From NCBI GenBank assembly GCA_965214705.1, contig CBDCCI010000001.1, forward strand, positions 350,887 through 414,886: a DNA stretch of 64,000 nt, written 5' to 3'. The translations under genes and the position numbers were made by a program. Positions 1 through 9,517 of this stretch are shown here, piece after piece (the stretch's first letter is position 1; the number at the start of each line of letters is the position of its first letter). The notes under the pieces are model-generated. The model had not been told where the DNA came from and did no database searches. It worked only from the letters and a program-made list of their open reading frames with translations. The stretch comes from Alphaproteobacteria bacterium (GTDB lineage: Bacteria > Pseudomonadota > Alphaproteobacteria > UBA828).

Positions 1-169
1 GGTCGCGGTGATCGACGAGGCGGTGGCGGGCTTCAGCCAGGAATCGCACGACGCGACGCTGGCCTCGCTCAGGGGCGGTTTCGCCGCGATGATCCCGACG
101 GTCGCGGACACGGTGGCGATGCTGGACGAGCTCGCGGGCCGCAGCACTGCGCGCGCTGCAGCCGAGTAA
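1..169 (+). CDS. 3' end of a gene entering from the left edge; isochorismatase/cysteine-hydrolase-like C-terminus
   Basis: Frame 2 is open from the window edge to TAA at 167-169 (VAVIDEAVAGFSQESHDATLASLRGGFAAMIPTVADTVAMLDEL...). Codon usage matches neighbouring genes. The family call rests only on recollection of isochorismatase-family C-termini. Confidence 0.4.
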   Translation, partial: VAVIDEAVAGFSQESHDATLASLRGGFAAMIPTVADTVAMLDELAGRSTARAAAE

Positions 170-179
170 GGGGCGAGGC

Positions 180-428
180 ATGGGCAGTTTCTACGCGCCC
201 GATCTTGGCCGCAATCCGGACGATCCCTTCGCGCGCGATGCGGACGGCAAGCTGATCCGCCGCGCCTTCTGGCTCGACATGAGCGACCGCTCCCTGGTGC
301 TGGCGATGACGCAAGGCATCGGCGCCGCGCTGAGCAACGATCACAAGCGCGCCCACCTCGCGGACATCGGCCGCGCCCACGTGATCGACCAAGTGTGCGT
401 GCAGGAGATCCTGCCGCCCGAGAGATAG
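180..428 (+). CDS. hypothetical small protein (82 aa)
   Basis: ATG at 180 with AAGGGG about 6 nt upstream. The ORF fills the gap up to the convergent transporter gene. No recognisable family. Confidence 0.35.
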   Translation: MGSFYAPDLGRNPDDPFARDADGKLIRRAFWLDMSDRSLVLAMTQGIGAALSNDHKRAHLADIGRAHVIDQVCVQEILPPER

Positions 429-432
429 AAGG

Positions 433-1350
433 CTACGGCTCCGCCGGTGTCTCCGGCTGGCGCCTGGCCGCGTGGATCAGCAGGGCAACGCCCGCCAGCA
501 TCAGCACCGCGGCGGCCCAGACGTAGGCGCTGTGGCTCTCCTGGAAGAAGAGAATGCCCCAGCCAAGGCCGGCCACCACCACCACGTAGTTGAACTGCGA
601 GAAGAACACCGGGCCGGCCGCGCGCACGATGATCAGGAAGGTGATGTACATGGTGATGGTGACGCCAGCGGCGCCCAGGATCGCGAGATCGGCGACGGTG
701 TCCGGCCCCGGCACCACGTAGGTCTCGCCGAGCCCGATCATCACCGGCGCCAGCATGATCGCCGCCGCGGTCACGATGCCGCTCGCGAAGGTGAGCACCG
801 GTGTCTCCGGCGGGTCGATCACGGCCGCGAGATTGTTGGTCAGCGCGAAGGAGGCGGGCGCCAGCAGGGCGAGCAGGAACCACACCACCATGCCGGGCTC
901 GGGCAGGGAAAACGTCGGGATTGCCATCAGGAGGATGCCGACCACACCGCACAGCACGCCGATCAGGCTCAAGGCGCGCACCCGTTCCAGCCGGAGCGCG
1001 AGCGCGATCAGATAGGTGATGGGCGGCGAGAGGATCACCACCATGGAGAGGATGCCGGTCGGCAGCTTCGGCGCGAGCCAGGTGATCAGCGCGATCGGCG
1101 CGGCGATGCCGAAGAGCCCGAGCACGATATAGGCCTTGAGATGCCGGGCCCCCAGGCGCGGAAGCGCGCGGCGCCAGGCGGCGAGGATCAGCAGCAGGAC
1201 CGCGGCGCCGAGCGTCTGCCAGAAGGTGAAGGCGACCGGCGGCGTCCCTGCCTCCACCGCGATCTTGTTCATGGTGAAGATGAGCGGATAGACCGCCCCA
1301 ATCGTGAACAGCAGGAAGATCGGGAGAGAAAGCGGCCCGCGGCGCCGCAT
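433..1350 (-). CDS. DMT (EamA-type) family transporter
   Basis: 305-aa ORF that is hydrophobic throughout, with about 10 predicted TM segments in two EamA-like halves (FTFWQTLGAAVLLL..., FFSQFNYVVVVAGLGWGILFFQE). Confidence 0.85.
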   Translation of the reverse strand: MRRRGPLSLPIFLLFTIGAVYPLIFTMNKIAVEAGTPPVAFTFWQTLGAAVLLLILAAWRRALPRLGARHLKAYIVLGLFGIAAPIALITWLAPKLPTGILSMVVILSPPITYLIALALRLERVRALSLIGVLCGVVGILLMAIPTFSLPEPGMVVWFLLALLAPASFALTNNLAAVIDPPETPVLTFASGIVTAAAIMLAPVMIGLGETYVVPGPDTVADLAILGAAGVTITMYITFLIIVRAAGPVFFSQFNYVVVVAGLGWGILFFQESHSAYVWAAAVLMLAGVALLIHAARRQPETPAEP

Positions 1351-1378
1351 CAGGCTTGTGGTCTAAGAAACGTGAAGA

Positions 1379-2176
1379 CTATTGGGCGGCGGCGGTGCGC
1401 TCGGGTTCCGACAGCAGGCAATCGTCGTCGAGCGGCTCGACCGGGGTGAAATCCCGGTGCGCGATGTACTCCGGCCGCTGGAAGCGCCGGATCGCATTGT
1501 CCACCCGGTTGGCCGAAAAATAGACCGCGCGACGGCCCCAGGGCGACATGTTGGGCGCGGAGCCGTGCACCAGATTGCAGTGGAAGAGCAGCGCCGCGCC
1601 GGGCTCACCCTTGGGTGCCACGATGCCGCCTTCCGCCACCAGTTTCTCGATGGTCTCGTTGTCGACGGTCCAGAGCGGGTAGCTCGTGGTCTCGAGATCG
1701 TGACCGGCCTCGATCCGGCCGCGCCGGTGCGAGCGCGGAATGAACATCAGCGGGCCGTTGAACTCGTTCACCGGGTCCAGGTAGACGGCAAGGTTCATGG
1801 CCCGGGGCTCGGGCATCAGGTCGTCCCGCGACCAGGTGCCGTAATCCTGGTGCCACTGCCAGACGTCGCCGTCGAAGGCGGCCTTGGCGTTCACCTTGAA
1901 CTGGTGGATGTAGACCGGCCCGCCGAGGATCTGCATCGCTGGCTCGACCAGGCGCGGATGGCGGGAAAGCCGCCAGTAGATGTCGCTGTAGGTGTGGACG
2001 CCGAACGCGGTGCGCACGGCGCCGTTGCGCTCGCGCACGATTTCCGGCCCCTCGTGCGCGAAAACGGCCGGCAGCGCCGCGCGCAACGCGGCTGCTTCCT
2101 CGGCCGAGAACAGGTCCGGCAGGAAGAGAAATCCCTCGCGGTCCAGGGTCTCGCACTGTTCGGCGGAAAGCTTCAT
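1379..2176 (-). CDS. Fe(II)/2-oxoglutarate dioxygenase, PhyH family, ectoine-hydroxylase-like
   Basis: ATG at 2176 preceded by GGAGGGAG. WQWHQDYGTWSRDDLMP (HxD iron ligands) and LLFHCNLVHGSAPNMSPWGRR resemble the EctD/PhyH signature regions. Confidence 0.85.
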   Translation of the reverse strand: MKLSAEQCETLDREGFLFLPDLFSAEEAAALRAALPAVFAHEGPEIVRERNGAVRTAFGVHTYSDIYWRLSRHPRLVEPAMQILGGPVYIHQFKVNAKAAFDGDVWQWHQDYGTWSRDDLMPEPRAMNLAVYLDPVNEFNGPLMFIPRSHRRGRIEAGHDLETTSYPLWTVDNETIEKLVAEGGIVAPKGEPGAALLFHCNLVHGSAPNMSPWGRRAVYFSANRVDNAIRRFQRPEYIAHRDFTPVEPLDDDCLLSEPERTAAAQ

Positions 2177-2230
2177 CGGTCGCTCCCTCCTGCGCCTCGC
2201 GCTCAAATTGCGCCCAGAGCGGCGGGTGCG

Positions 2231-3169
2231 TCAAGACGCCGGATCGCCTGCCTTGCCCTTCGGCGCAGCGGGCCGGTTGACCAGGAAGAGCCCCGCAAGC
2301 ATGAGCACGAGCGCGAGCCAGATCCAGTAGCTGTGGCTCTCGCCGAAGAAGAGCACGCCCCAGCCGATGCCGGTGAGCGGGATCATGAAGTTGACCGTGG
2401 TGAAGAACACGGGGCCGGCGAGGCGGATGATCTCGACCATCAGGTAGAAAACCAGCGCCGTGACTCCCGCAGCGGCGGCCAGCGCCCAATGGCCGTCGGT
2501 CATCGGCCCTTCGAACCACCACCACTGGCCGGTTGCCGCCATGACGACGAACATGAAGGCGGCCCCGGTTGCGAGTATGCCGCCGGCGAGCGGCAGCGCG
2601 CCGTCGGGCGGCGGCTTGAGCCACGAGATGATCAACGCGTTCGCGACATAGAGCACCGGGCCGACGAAGCTCAGCAGCACCCAGGGTGCCATGTCGCGGC
2701 TGGGCAGGCTGGTCTCGGGCACGACCACGAGCGCCACGCCGCCGACGCCGAGGACCAGCCCGATGGTGCGGATCGCGCGGAAGCGGTCCATGCGAAAGAG
2801 CGCGGCGGCCGGGTAGGTGAGGATGGGCGTGAGCGTCGCGCCCAGCCCGAGCACGCCCGCCGGCACCTTGGGCGCGACGAAGGCCAGCACGGTGTAGGTC
2901 ATGCCGAAGGAGATCGTGCCGAGCACGAGATAGCCGCGCATATGCTCCCACGAGAGCTTGGGCAGCGTGCGGAACACCGCGCCGAATGCCAGCAGGATGA
3001 GCGCGGCGCCGGTCCCCATCCAGAACACGTAGGGAATGAAGGGAATGCCGTCGGTGGTCGCCAGCCGATTGAGCGAATAGAGGATGCCCCAGCCTAAGGC
3101 GGAAACGACCAGCAAGACCGCCGGCCAAAGGAGCGCGTGTGCGCCGCCGCGCGGTGCAGGTTCTGGCAC
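2231..3169 (-). CDS. DMT (EamA-type) family transporter
   Basis: Hydrophobic EamA-like repeats (FIPYVFWMGTGAALILL..., FFTTVNFMIPLTGIGWGVLFFGE). The listed ORF's Arg-rich N-terminal extension overlaps the upstream gene, so a GTG start at 3169, 6 nt after the upstream stop, is preferred. The start is uncertain. Confidence 0.75.
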   Translation of the reverse strand: MPEPAPRGGAHALLWPAVLLVVSALGWGILYSLNRLATTDGIPFIPYVFWMGTGAALILLAFGAVFRTLPKLSWEHMRGYLVLGTISFGMTYTVLAFVAPKVPAGVLGLGATLTPILTYPAAALFRMDRFRAIRTIGLVLGVGGVALVVVPETSLPSRDMAPWVLLSFVGPVLYVANALIISWLKPPPDGALPLAGGILATGAAFMFVVMAATGQWWWFEGPMTDGHWALAAAAGVTALVFYLMVEIIRLAGPVFFTTVNFMIPLTGIGWGVLFFGESHSYWIWLALVLMLAGLFLVNRPAAPKGKAGDPAS

Positions 3170-3174
3170 GTGCG

Positions 3175-5169
3175 CTACAGCCTCATGCCAAGCATGCGGC
3201 CTTCGTAGAAGGCCATGCTCGCGGTGCGAGCGGCGACCGTGTCGCCCGCGGCGTGGACCTCGATGGAATCGTCGGCGAGTGCGCGGGCGAGCCCGTCGTC
3301 GACCGTGTTGGTGGTCGCGAGCACGAGGCTGTCGGCTTCCACCTGCCGCTCCTCGCCGGTGTGAAGGTTCGCGATGGTGGCCGTGCCGCCGGCCCAGCGG
3401 GTCAGCGCGTGGGCGCCGATCACCTCGACGCCCTGCTTGGCAAAGCGCTCGCGCGTGCTCGAGCCGAGATGCGAGTTGTCGAGCGCTTCCGCGGGCTTCT
3501 CGGAGGCGGTGACGACGGTCACGGCATGACCCCGCTCGGAGAGGTGGAGCGCGGTGCCAGACGCGGGCCACCAGCCGTTGAGGTCATCGAGCAGGAGGAC
3601 CCGCGCGCCGGGCTTGGCGGTGCCGTCCAGAACATCGTTCACGGCATACACGTTCTCCCGCCCGACGCCGGGAAGGGCATCGACGTGCGGGAGCGCCCGC
3701 TGGAATCCCGTGCGCGTGGGCACCGACCCGGTGGAGAGCACGACCGCGTCGGCGCCGAAGTCGCGGATGGCGTCGGCGGTCATCTCCGTACCCAGCTCGA
3801 CGCGGACCTGCAGCTTCTCAAGCTGGGTCCCGTACCAGGTCAGCAGCTCGTCGATCTCCTCCCGCTCCGGCTGCGCCGCGGCGAGGCGAAACTGCCCGCC
3901 GAGCGCGTCCGCCTTCTCCACCAGCGTGACCCGGTGCCCGCGCATCGCCGCGACACGGGCGGTCTCCAGCCCTGCCGGGCCGCCGCCCACTACCAGGACG
4001 TGACGGGGCGTCTCGGCAGGCGGGGCGCTGTCGCCGTCCCACGCGAACTCGCGGCCGGCGGAGGGATTGACGAGGCACGAGATGTGGTAGTCCCGCATGC
4101 GCCGACCGAGGCAGAGCTGATTGCAGGAGATGCAGGGCCGGATGTCGTCTGCGCGGCCCTCGCGCGCCTTGTTGGCGAGGTGCGGATCGGCGATCTGCCC
4201 GCGCACGATCGAGACCAGATCGCAACAGCCGCTCGCGATGGCGGCCTCGGCGCGCGCGGGCGTCTTCACCCGCGCTTCGGCGGTGACCAGCGCGTGCTTC
4301 ACCACCTGCTTGATGGCGGCGGCGGAGTCTGTGCCGAGCGGCGCCGCGTAGTGGAAGCCCGGCACGATCGCCGTGAACCGGTTGATGTAGCTGCCGGTGC
4401 CGCAGGAGAAGTAGTCCGCGAGGCCGCGCTCGTCGAGCCAGGCGAAGATCTCCTGCTTGTCGGCCATGGTGAGGCCGCCGGGGTAGGGCTCGGCGCCGGA
4501 GACGGTCATGCCGACGATGAAATCCGACCCGCAGGCCTTGCGGATGCCGTCTGCGATCTTGGTCACGAAGCGCAGCCGGTTCTCCAGGCTGCCGCCCCAG
4601 GCATCGTCGCGCCGGTTGGTGAGCGGCGACCAGAATTGGTCGATCAGGCAGGAGTAGCCGGCGAAGAGGTCGACCCCGTCGAACCCGCCCTTCTGGTCGC
4701 GCACTGCCTGGCCGATAAAGGCCTGGATCAGCTCGCGGATCTCCGCCTCGCTCATGGCGTGGCTGCCCCAGGGGTCGTGGTGGCTGACCTGGCCGGAGGG
4801 GGACCAGTAGGGCGACCAGGAGTTGTCCTGATCGCCGTGGGCGCCGACGTGATAGATCTGGTGGCACATGACGGTGCCATGGCTGTGGCACTCGTCGGTG
4901 ATCCTGCGGAAGTGGGGGATGACGGCGTCGTCGGCCATGAAGTTGCCGCGCGTGAGGACCGCCGTCGGATGGGGCGGCGTGGGCTCGACCACGATCATGC
5001 CGGCGCCGCCACGCGCGCGCTCCCGGTAGTAGCCGAAGTGGCGCTCGGCCGGCAGCCCGCCCTCGGCCATGTTGGCGGTGTGCGCGCCGAAGACGATGCG
5101 GCAGCGGAGCGTATGCCCCCGGAGGCGCGCCGGCGCAAACAGGTTGGGGAAGTGTTCCGGTTGCGTCAT
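3175..5169 (-). CDS. Multi-domain flavoprotein: OYE-like FMN barrel + 4Fe-4S Cys motif + FAD/NAD(P)-binding domain (2,4-dienoyl-CoA reductase / amine demethylase type)
   Basis: ATG at 5169 preceded by GGGGAGCG. CISCNQLCLGR...C cysteine cluster and VLVVGGGPAGLETARVAA Rossmann motif. The N-terminal half resembles Old Yellow Enzyme family proteins. Confidence 0.85.
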   Translation of the reverse strand: MTQPEHFPNLFAPARLRGHTLRCRIVFGAHTANMAEGGLPAERHFGYYRERARGGAGMIVVEPTPPHPTAVLTRGNFMADDAVIPHFRRITDECHSHGTVMCHQIYHVGAHGDQDNSWSPYWSPSGQVSHHDPWGSHAMSEAEIRELIQAFIGQAVRDQKGGFDGVDLFAGYSCLIDQFWSPLTNRRDDAWGGSLENRLRFVTKIADGIRKACGSDFIVGMTVSGAEPYPGGLTMADKQEIFAWLDERGLADYFSCGTGSYINRFTAIVPGFHYAAPLGTDSAAAIKQVVKHALVTAEARVKTPARAEAAIASGCCDLVSIVRGQIADPHLANKAREGRADDIRPCISCNQLCLGRRMRDYHISCLVNPSAGREFAWDGDSAPPAETPRHVLVVGGGPAGLETARVAAMRGHRVTLVEKADALGGQFRLAAAQPEREEIDELLTWYGTQLEKLQVRVELGTEMTADAIRDFGADAVVLSTGSVPTRTGFQRALPHVDALPGVGRENVYAVNDVLDGTAKPGARVLLLDDLNGWWPASGTALHLSERGHAVTVVTASEKPAEALDNSHLGSSTRERFAKQGVEVIGAHALTRWAGGTATIANLHTGEERQVEADSLVLATTNTVDDGLARALADDSIEVHAAGDTVAARTASMAFYEGRMLGMRL

Positions 5170-5303
5170 CGCGCTCCCCATGACGACTGCGGCCGCGAGC
5201 GGGCACGCCGCGCCGCCCGCGGCGTGGCCGGCAACGATAACACCATCTGTACCCGCAGGTTTTCGTGGACATCGCGGCGATGGCGTGACATTTGGCACCC
5301 ACC

Positions 5304-6215
5304 ATGACCTGCAAAAGCGTGAGCTTCTACAGCGAGGGCGTGCGGCTCGAGGGCGATCTCTATCGGCCCAAGGGCGCGAGCGCGGACGAGCTGCGCGCCG
5401 GCATCGTGCTCTGCCACGGCTATACCGGCGTGAAGAGCCTCTACCTGCCCGACAACGCGCGGGTGCTGACCGAGGCGGGCTACGTGGTGCTCACCTTCGA
5501 CTACAAGGGCTGGGGGGCGAGCAAGGGGCCGCGCACCCGATTGGCGCCGTTCAGCCGCGTCGCCGACGTGCAGGCCGCGCTCACCTACCTCGGAACCCGG
5601 CCCGGCGTGGATCCGACGCATCTCGGCCTCTACGGCACCAGCTACGGCGGCGCCACAGTGGTCTGGGCTGCGGCGATGGACGAGCGGGTACGCTGCGTGG
5701 TGAGCGTTGTCGGGATCGGCGACGGGCGGCGCTGGATGCGGAGCGTGCGCCGGCCGGACGAATGGCACGACTTGCTGGAACGGGCGCGCGAGGATCGGGA
5801 GCAGGCGGTGGAGAGCGGCGAGTCCGCGCCCGCCGAACGCGACGAAATCTTGATGCAGGACCGGGCATCGGCCGCGCTCTCGGCTGCGCAGCGGGCGAAC
5901 AATCCAGACGCGGTCTCCACCGTGCCGGCCTCCTTCATCGACGAGACGCTCTCCTTCCACGCCGACTGGGTGGTAGACAAGATCGCCCCGCGTCCCCTGC
6001 TCCTCATCACGACCGAGGACGACCGGCTGGTACCACCGGAGGAATCGCGCTCTCTATACAACCACGCCGGCGAGCCCAAGAAGCTCGTCGTGCTCAAGGG
6101 CTACGGGCACTACGACGTCTACGCCGAGCCCGCCTTTGGCGAGGTCATGGCGGCGACGCTCTCCTGGTATCGGGCCCACCTGCCGCCGCAGGCGCTCGAC
6201 GCGCCGTCGACCTGA
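5304..6215 (+). CDS. alpha/beta-fold hydrolase
   Basis: GTSYGG nucleophile elbow, HGYTG oxyanion region, and C-terminal GYGHYDV histidine region. The start is ATG 5304 or TTG 5292. Confidence 0.8.
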   Translation: MTCKSVSFYSEGVRLEGDLYRPKGASADELRAGIVLCHGYTGVKSLYLPDNARVLTEAGYVVLTFDYKGWGASKGPRTRLAPFSRVADVQAALTYLGTRPGVDPTHLGLYGTSYGGATVVWAAAMDERVRCVVSVVGIGDGRRWMRSVRRPDEWHDLLERAREDREQAVESGESAPAERDEILMQDRASAALSAAQRANNPDAVSTVPASFIDETLSFHADWVVDKIAPRPLLLITTEDDRLVPPEESRSLYNHAGEPKKLVVLKGYGHYDVYAEPAFGEVMAATLSWYRAHLPPQALDAPST

Positions 6216-6219
6216 TCCC

Positions 6220-7221
6220 ATGAGCGAGCCCGCGACGATCAGGCTGGAGCCATCCGGCGACAGCTTCACCTGTCGCCCCGGCGAGACCATCCTGCGCGCC
6301 GGGCTCGCGGCGGGCTTCGCCATGCCCTACGAGTGCGCGAGCGGAAGCTGTAGCTCGTGCAAGGGGCGGCTCCTGGAGGGCGCGGTGGATCACCTCTGGC
6401 CCAACGCGACCGGGCTGAGCGAGCGCGACCGGCGCAAGGGCGACCGCATCCTCTGCTGCCAGGCGCTGCCCACGGGCGACTGCACCGTCCAGGTGCGCCT
6501 CGGCCAGGTGGAGGGCGCGCGGGAGGAGCCGGCGCCGGCGCCGTTCACGGCGACGGTGGAGACGCTGGAGCGGCTGGTGCCGGGCGTGATTGCGTTCACC
6601 TGCCGGCCGGAGCGGCCGATCCCTTTCCTGCCCGGTCAGTACGTGCTGCTGCAGGTGCCGGGCGGCCAGCGCCGCGCCTACTCGATGGCGAACACGGAGG
6701 CCGAGACGTTGGCCTTCATCGTCAAGGAGAAGCCGGGCGGCCACGGCTCGCGCTATCTCTTCGACGAGCTCGCCCAAGGCGACACGGTGAGCCTGGAGGG
6801 GCCTTACGGCCGGGCCTACCTGCGCACCCCGCCGGAGCGGGAGATCGTCTGCGTCGCCGGCGGCTCCGGGCTTGCCCCGATACTCTCGGTGATCGAGGGG
6901 GCGCTTGCCCGGCCCGAAACCCCCGGCGTCCGGCTCTTCTTCGGCGCGAACAGGGCCGAGGAGCTCTTCATGGTGGACGAGATGCAGGCGCTCGCCGCCA
7001 CGCACGATCGCTTTTCGCTCACGCTGGCCGTCCGCGACGGTGGTGCGCCGGGCGCGGTCACGGGCCTCGTCGGCGACGTCGCGCTGGCGGCGATGGAAGA
7101 CCTCGATGACTGCGACTTCTACATGGCCGGGCCGCCGGGGCTGATCGACGCGCTGCTCCGGCCGGTCATGCGCTGCGGCAAGGTCCGGCCCGAGCGCATC
7201 TTCTTCGACCGCTTCTACTAA
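6220..7221 (+). CDS. 2Fe-2S ferredoxin fused to an FNR-type FAD/NAD(P)H oxidoreductase (oxygenase reductase component type)
   Basis: ATG at 6220, 5 nt after the hydrolase stop. CASGSCSSCKG...ILCC plant-type 2Fe-2S motif, RAYSMAN (RxYS FAD motif) and GGSGLAPILS NAD motif. Confidence 0.85.
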   Translation: MSEPATIRLEPSGDSFTCRPGETILRAGLAAGFAMPYECASGSCSSCKGRLLEGAVDHLWPNATGLSERDRRKGDRILCCQALPTGDCTVQVRLGQVEGAREEPAPAPFTATVETLERLVPGVIAFTCRPERPIPFLPGQYVLLQVPGGQRRAYSMANTEAETLAFIVKEKPGGHGSRYLFDELAQGDTVSLEGPYGRAYLRTPPEREIVCVAGGSGLAPILSVIEGALARPETPGVRLFFGANRAEELFMVDEMQALAATHDRFSLTLAVRDGGAPGAVTGLVGDVALAAMEDLDDCDFYMAGPPGLIDALLRPVMRCGKVRPERIFFDRFY

Positions 7222-7462
7222 GGTGGTGCCGGCCAGATTCCCGGCAAGCCGGCAACTTTCCCTCTATTGTGAGTTATGATTCGGGAGTGTTGCTCGGCAG
7301 CACGCACGTCACGAGCCTCATGAGCCAGACCCGAGTCTCGACGTCCGAAGGCCTTCAGGAGCTCGACGGCCACCGTCTTCCTCTCGCGTGCGGGCCGCGC
7401 GCAACAACGTAGGAGATATTCCGGGACTATAACCGCCACCAACTTCCAGGAGTGCCAACGGC

Positions 7463-8482
7463 ATGAGAGCAGCGTCGATAGTGTTCGCGACAGCGTTGAT
7501 TCTCACCATCGGAGGGTGCCTGCACAGCCCCAGCCAGGACCCAATGACCGACGAAATGGAGGAGGGACGCATCGATTTCTCTCGAACAACGTCGTTCGAC
7601 GGCGACAAACTCACCGTATTCGTGAAGGGGGAAGAGGAAGGGAAGCTACACCTGAACACGATGCGTGACGCCGTCGAGACGAATGAGTTCCGTCCCCAGA
7701 TCCCGAACCACTCCGGCCGGTCCTGGGTGCTGCGGAACACCGCCCACGAGAGCACCACGCAGGTCTACGCCCTGGTGAGCTGGAGCAACGAAGACTCCAC
7801 CGACTATCTCGCCGCCGGGTGGTGGCTGCACCAGGTGAAGGGAGAGCGGCGCCTAGAAAGAGTCATATTCGTCGACGGGCCCGAAATCGACCCTGTGATG
7901 AATCCGCCTGACCTGCCGGTGACGGGTTCGGCAAGCTACCTTGGGCGCGGCAGCGGGATATTCGGCTATGCCTTCGGATCGAACTGGAACGAGCTCGAGG
8001 GCGGGTACACCTACGACGCGTACCGGGGGGCGTTGGACGTCGTCGCAGACTTCGAAGCCGGCACGCTCAGTGGGTGCCTCGGATGCACCGGCGACCTCGT
8101 CGCCGACCGCACGCACGTCGAATATCGCTTCGAGCAGTTCCCCGAGCGGTACCTGCCTGAGGTGGACGCTCCGCTGGAGGACTACGAGATTCAATTCGCG
8201 CCCGTCGCATACAACGACGACGGCAGCTTCGAATCCGAGTTCAGCAGCGCCGCGGCGAGTGTGCGCCATCCCCAACGCGAGGTGACGGGGTCACACGGCT
8301 ACTGGGGCGGGAGCATCTCAGCGTTCGCCGACGAAGACGGCAATCCGAGGCTCATCGCCGGATTCAAGGAGACAGGCTTCCAGGAGGAGGACGGGAGCAG
8401 GGGGTTCTTCTGGGGTGTGTTCACCGTGCTTAGCGAGACGTTCAGGATGGGAGAAAACGCTCCGGACGGTTCGGGCGAATAA
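7463..8482 (+). CDS. lipoprotein, possibly with a TbpB/fHbp-like beta-barrel
   Basis: Signal peptide with lipobox LTIGGC. Repeated pattern GSASYLGRGSGIFGY...ALDVVADFEAGTLSGCL...GYWGGSISAF...IAGF...GFFWGVF resembles handle/barrel surface lipoproteins (from memory). It sits in a visibly lower-GC stretch (about 7.2-8.5 kb). Confidence 0.7.
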   Translation: MRAASIVFATALILTIGGCLHSPSQDPMTDEMEEGRIDFSRTTSFDGDKLTVFVKGEEEGKLHLNTMRDAVETNEFRPQIPNHSGRSWVLRNTAHESTTQVYALVSWSNEDSTDYLAAGWWLHQVKGERRLERVIFVDGPEIDPVMNPPDLPVTGSASYLGRGSGIFGYAFGSNWNELEGGYTYDAYRGALDVVADFEAGTLSGCLGCTGDLVADRTHVEYRFEQFPERYLPEVDAPLEDYEIQFAPVAYNDDGSFESEFSSAAASVRHPQREVTGSHGYWGGSISAFADEDGNPRLIAGFKETGFQEEDGSRGFFWGVFTVLSETFRMGENAPDGSGE

Positions 8483-8560
8483 GGGTAAAGCAAAGAACGA
8501 GCGCCGCAGGGGCTCGCTTCGCGGCTAGACCGGCTGTCCGCGACCCCTTAGCCTCAGCCC

Positions 8561-9517
8561 ATGCGCAAGATTCTCGTTACCGGCGCGCTCGGACAGATCG
8601 GCGCCGAGCTGGTGCCGGAGCTGCGAAAGCGCCACGGGGCCGATAACGTCATCGCCTCGGGCTGGCGGCGGCGGGATGTGGCGTCGGTGGTCGACGGTGG
8701 GCCGTTCGAGATCGTCGACTGCACCAAGCCGGGCGATATCACCGCAGTGGTCGAGAAGTACGAGATCGGCACCATCTACCACATGCCGGCGTTTCTCTCG
8801 GTGCTGGGCGAGGAGAAGCCGGAGGAGGCCTGGGCGCTCAATCTCGGCGGCTATGCCAACGCGCTGGAGGTGGCGCGGCGGCACGACTGCGCGGTGTTCT
8901 TCCCGAGCTCCATCGGCGCCTTCGGGCCGAGCACGCCGCTCCAGAACACGCCGCAGGACACGATCCAGCGGCCGAACACCATCTACGGCGTCTCCAAGGT
9001 CGCGGGCGAGCTGCTCGGCGACTACTACCACGCACGCTTCGGGCTCGATACGCGCGGGCTCAGGCTGCCGGGCCTGATCTCCCACGTGGCGCTGCCGGGC
9101 GGCGGCACCACGGACTATGCGGTGCACATCTTCTACGAGGCGCTGCGCGAGGGCCGATTCAGCTGCTTCCTGCGCCCCGATTCCCGCCTCGACATGATGT
9201 ACATGCCCGACGCGGTGGCCGCGACTATCAACCTGATGGACGCGGACCCGAGCCGGCTTCGCCACCGTAACGCCTTCAACGTGACCGCCATGAGCTTCAC
9301 GCCCGAGGAGCTCGCGGCCGAGATCCGCAAGCACGTACCCGGCTTCACGATCGACTACGAGGTCGACCCGCTGAAACAGGCCATCGCCGATTCATGGCCG
9401 GATTCGATGGACGACAGTGCCGCCCGCGAGGAGTGGGACTGGCGGCCGCGCTACGACCTAGCCGCCATGACGGCGGAGATGATCGGGACGCTCAGGCGGA
9501 AGCACGACCTCGCCTGA
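8561..9517 (+). CDS. tdh: L-threonine 3-dehydrogenase, short-chain (NAD-dependent epimerase/dehydratase) type
   Basis: MRKILVTGALGQIGAEL Rossmann N-terminus, YGVSKVAGE catalytic YxxxK, and LPGGGTTDYAVHIFYEA plus ADSWPDSMDDSAAREEWDW blocks characteristic of SDR-type TDH. Confidence 0.85.
   Translation: MRKILVTGALGQIGAELVPELRKRHGADNVIASGWRRRDVASVVDGGPFEIVDCTKPGDITAVVEKYEIGTIYHMPAFLSVLGEEKPEEAWALNLGGYANALEVARRHDCAVFFPSSIGAFGPSTPLQNTPQDTIQRPNTIYGVSKVAGELLGDYYHARFGLDTRGLRLPGLISHVALPGGGTTDYAVHIFYEALREGRFSCFLRPDSRLDMMYMPDAVAATINLMDADPSRLRHRNAFNVTAMSFTPEELAAEIRKHVPGFTIDYEVDPLKQAIADSWPDSMDDSAAREEWDWRPRYDLAAMTAEMIGTLRRKHDLA

Noticed and set aside
1382-5307. Long plus-strand ORFs (1382-3097, 3139-5307) overlapping the minus-strand genes. 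Similar mirror ORFs occur at 10459-12195, 14706-16358, 18407-19789, 26637-29024, 38945-40297, 41011-42222, 54421-56796 and 60720-62804.
   Set aside because: These are antisense shadows typical of high-GC DNA. Their translations are Arg/Ala/Gly/His/Pro-rich low-complexity sequences without family resemblance. The opposite strand encodes clearly recognisable proteins with sensible starts and RBSs.
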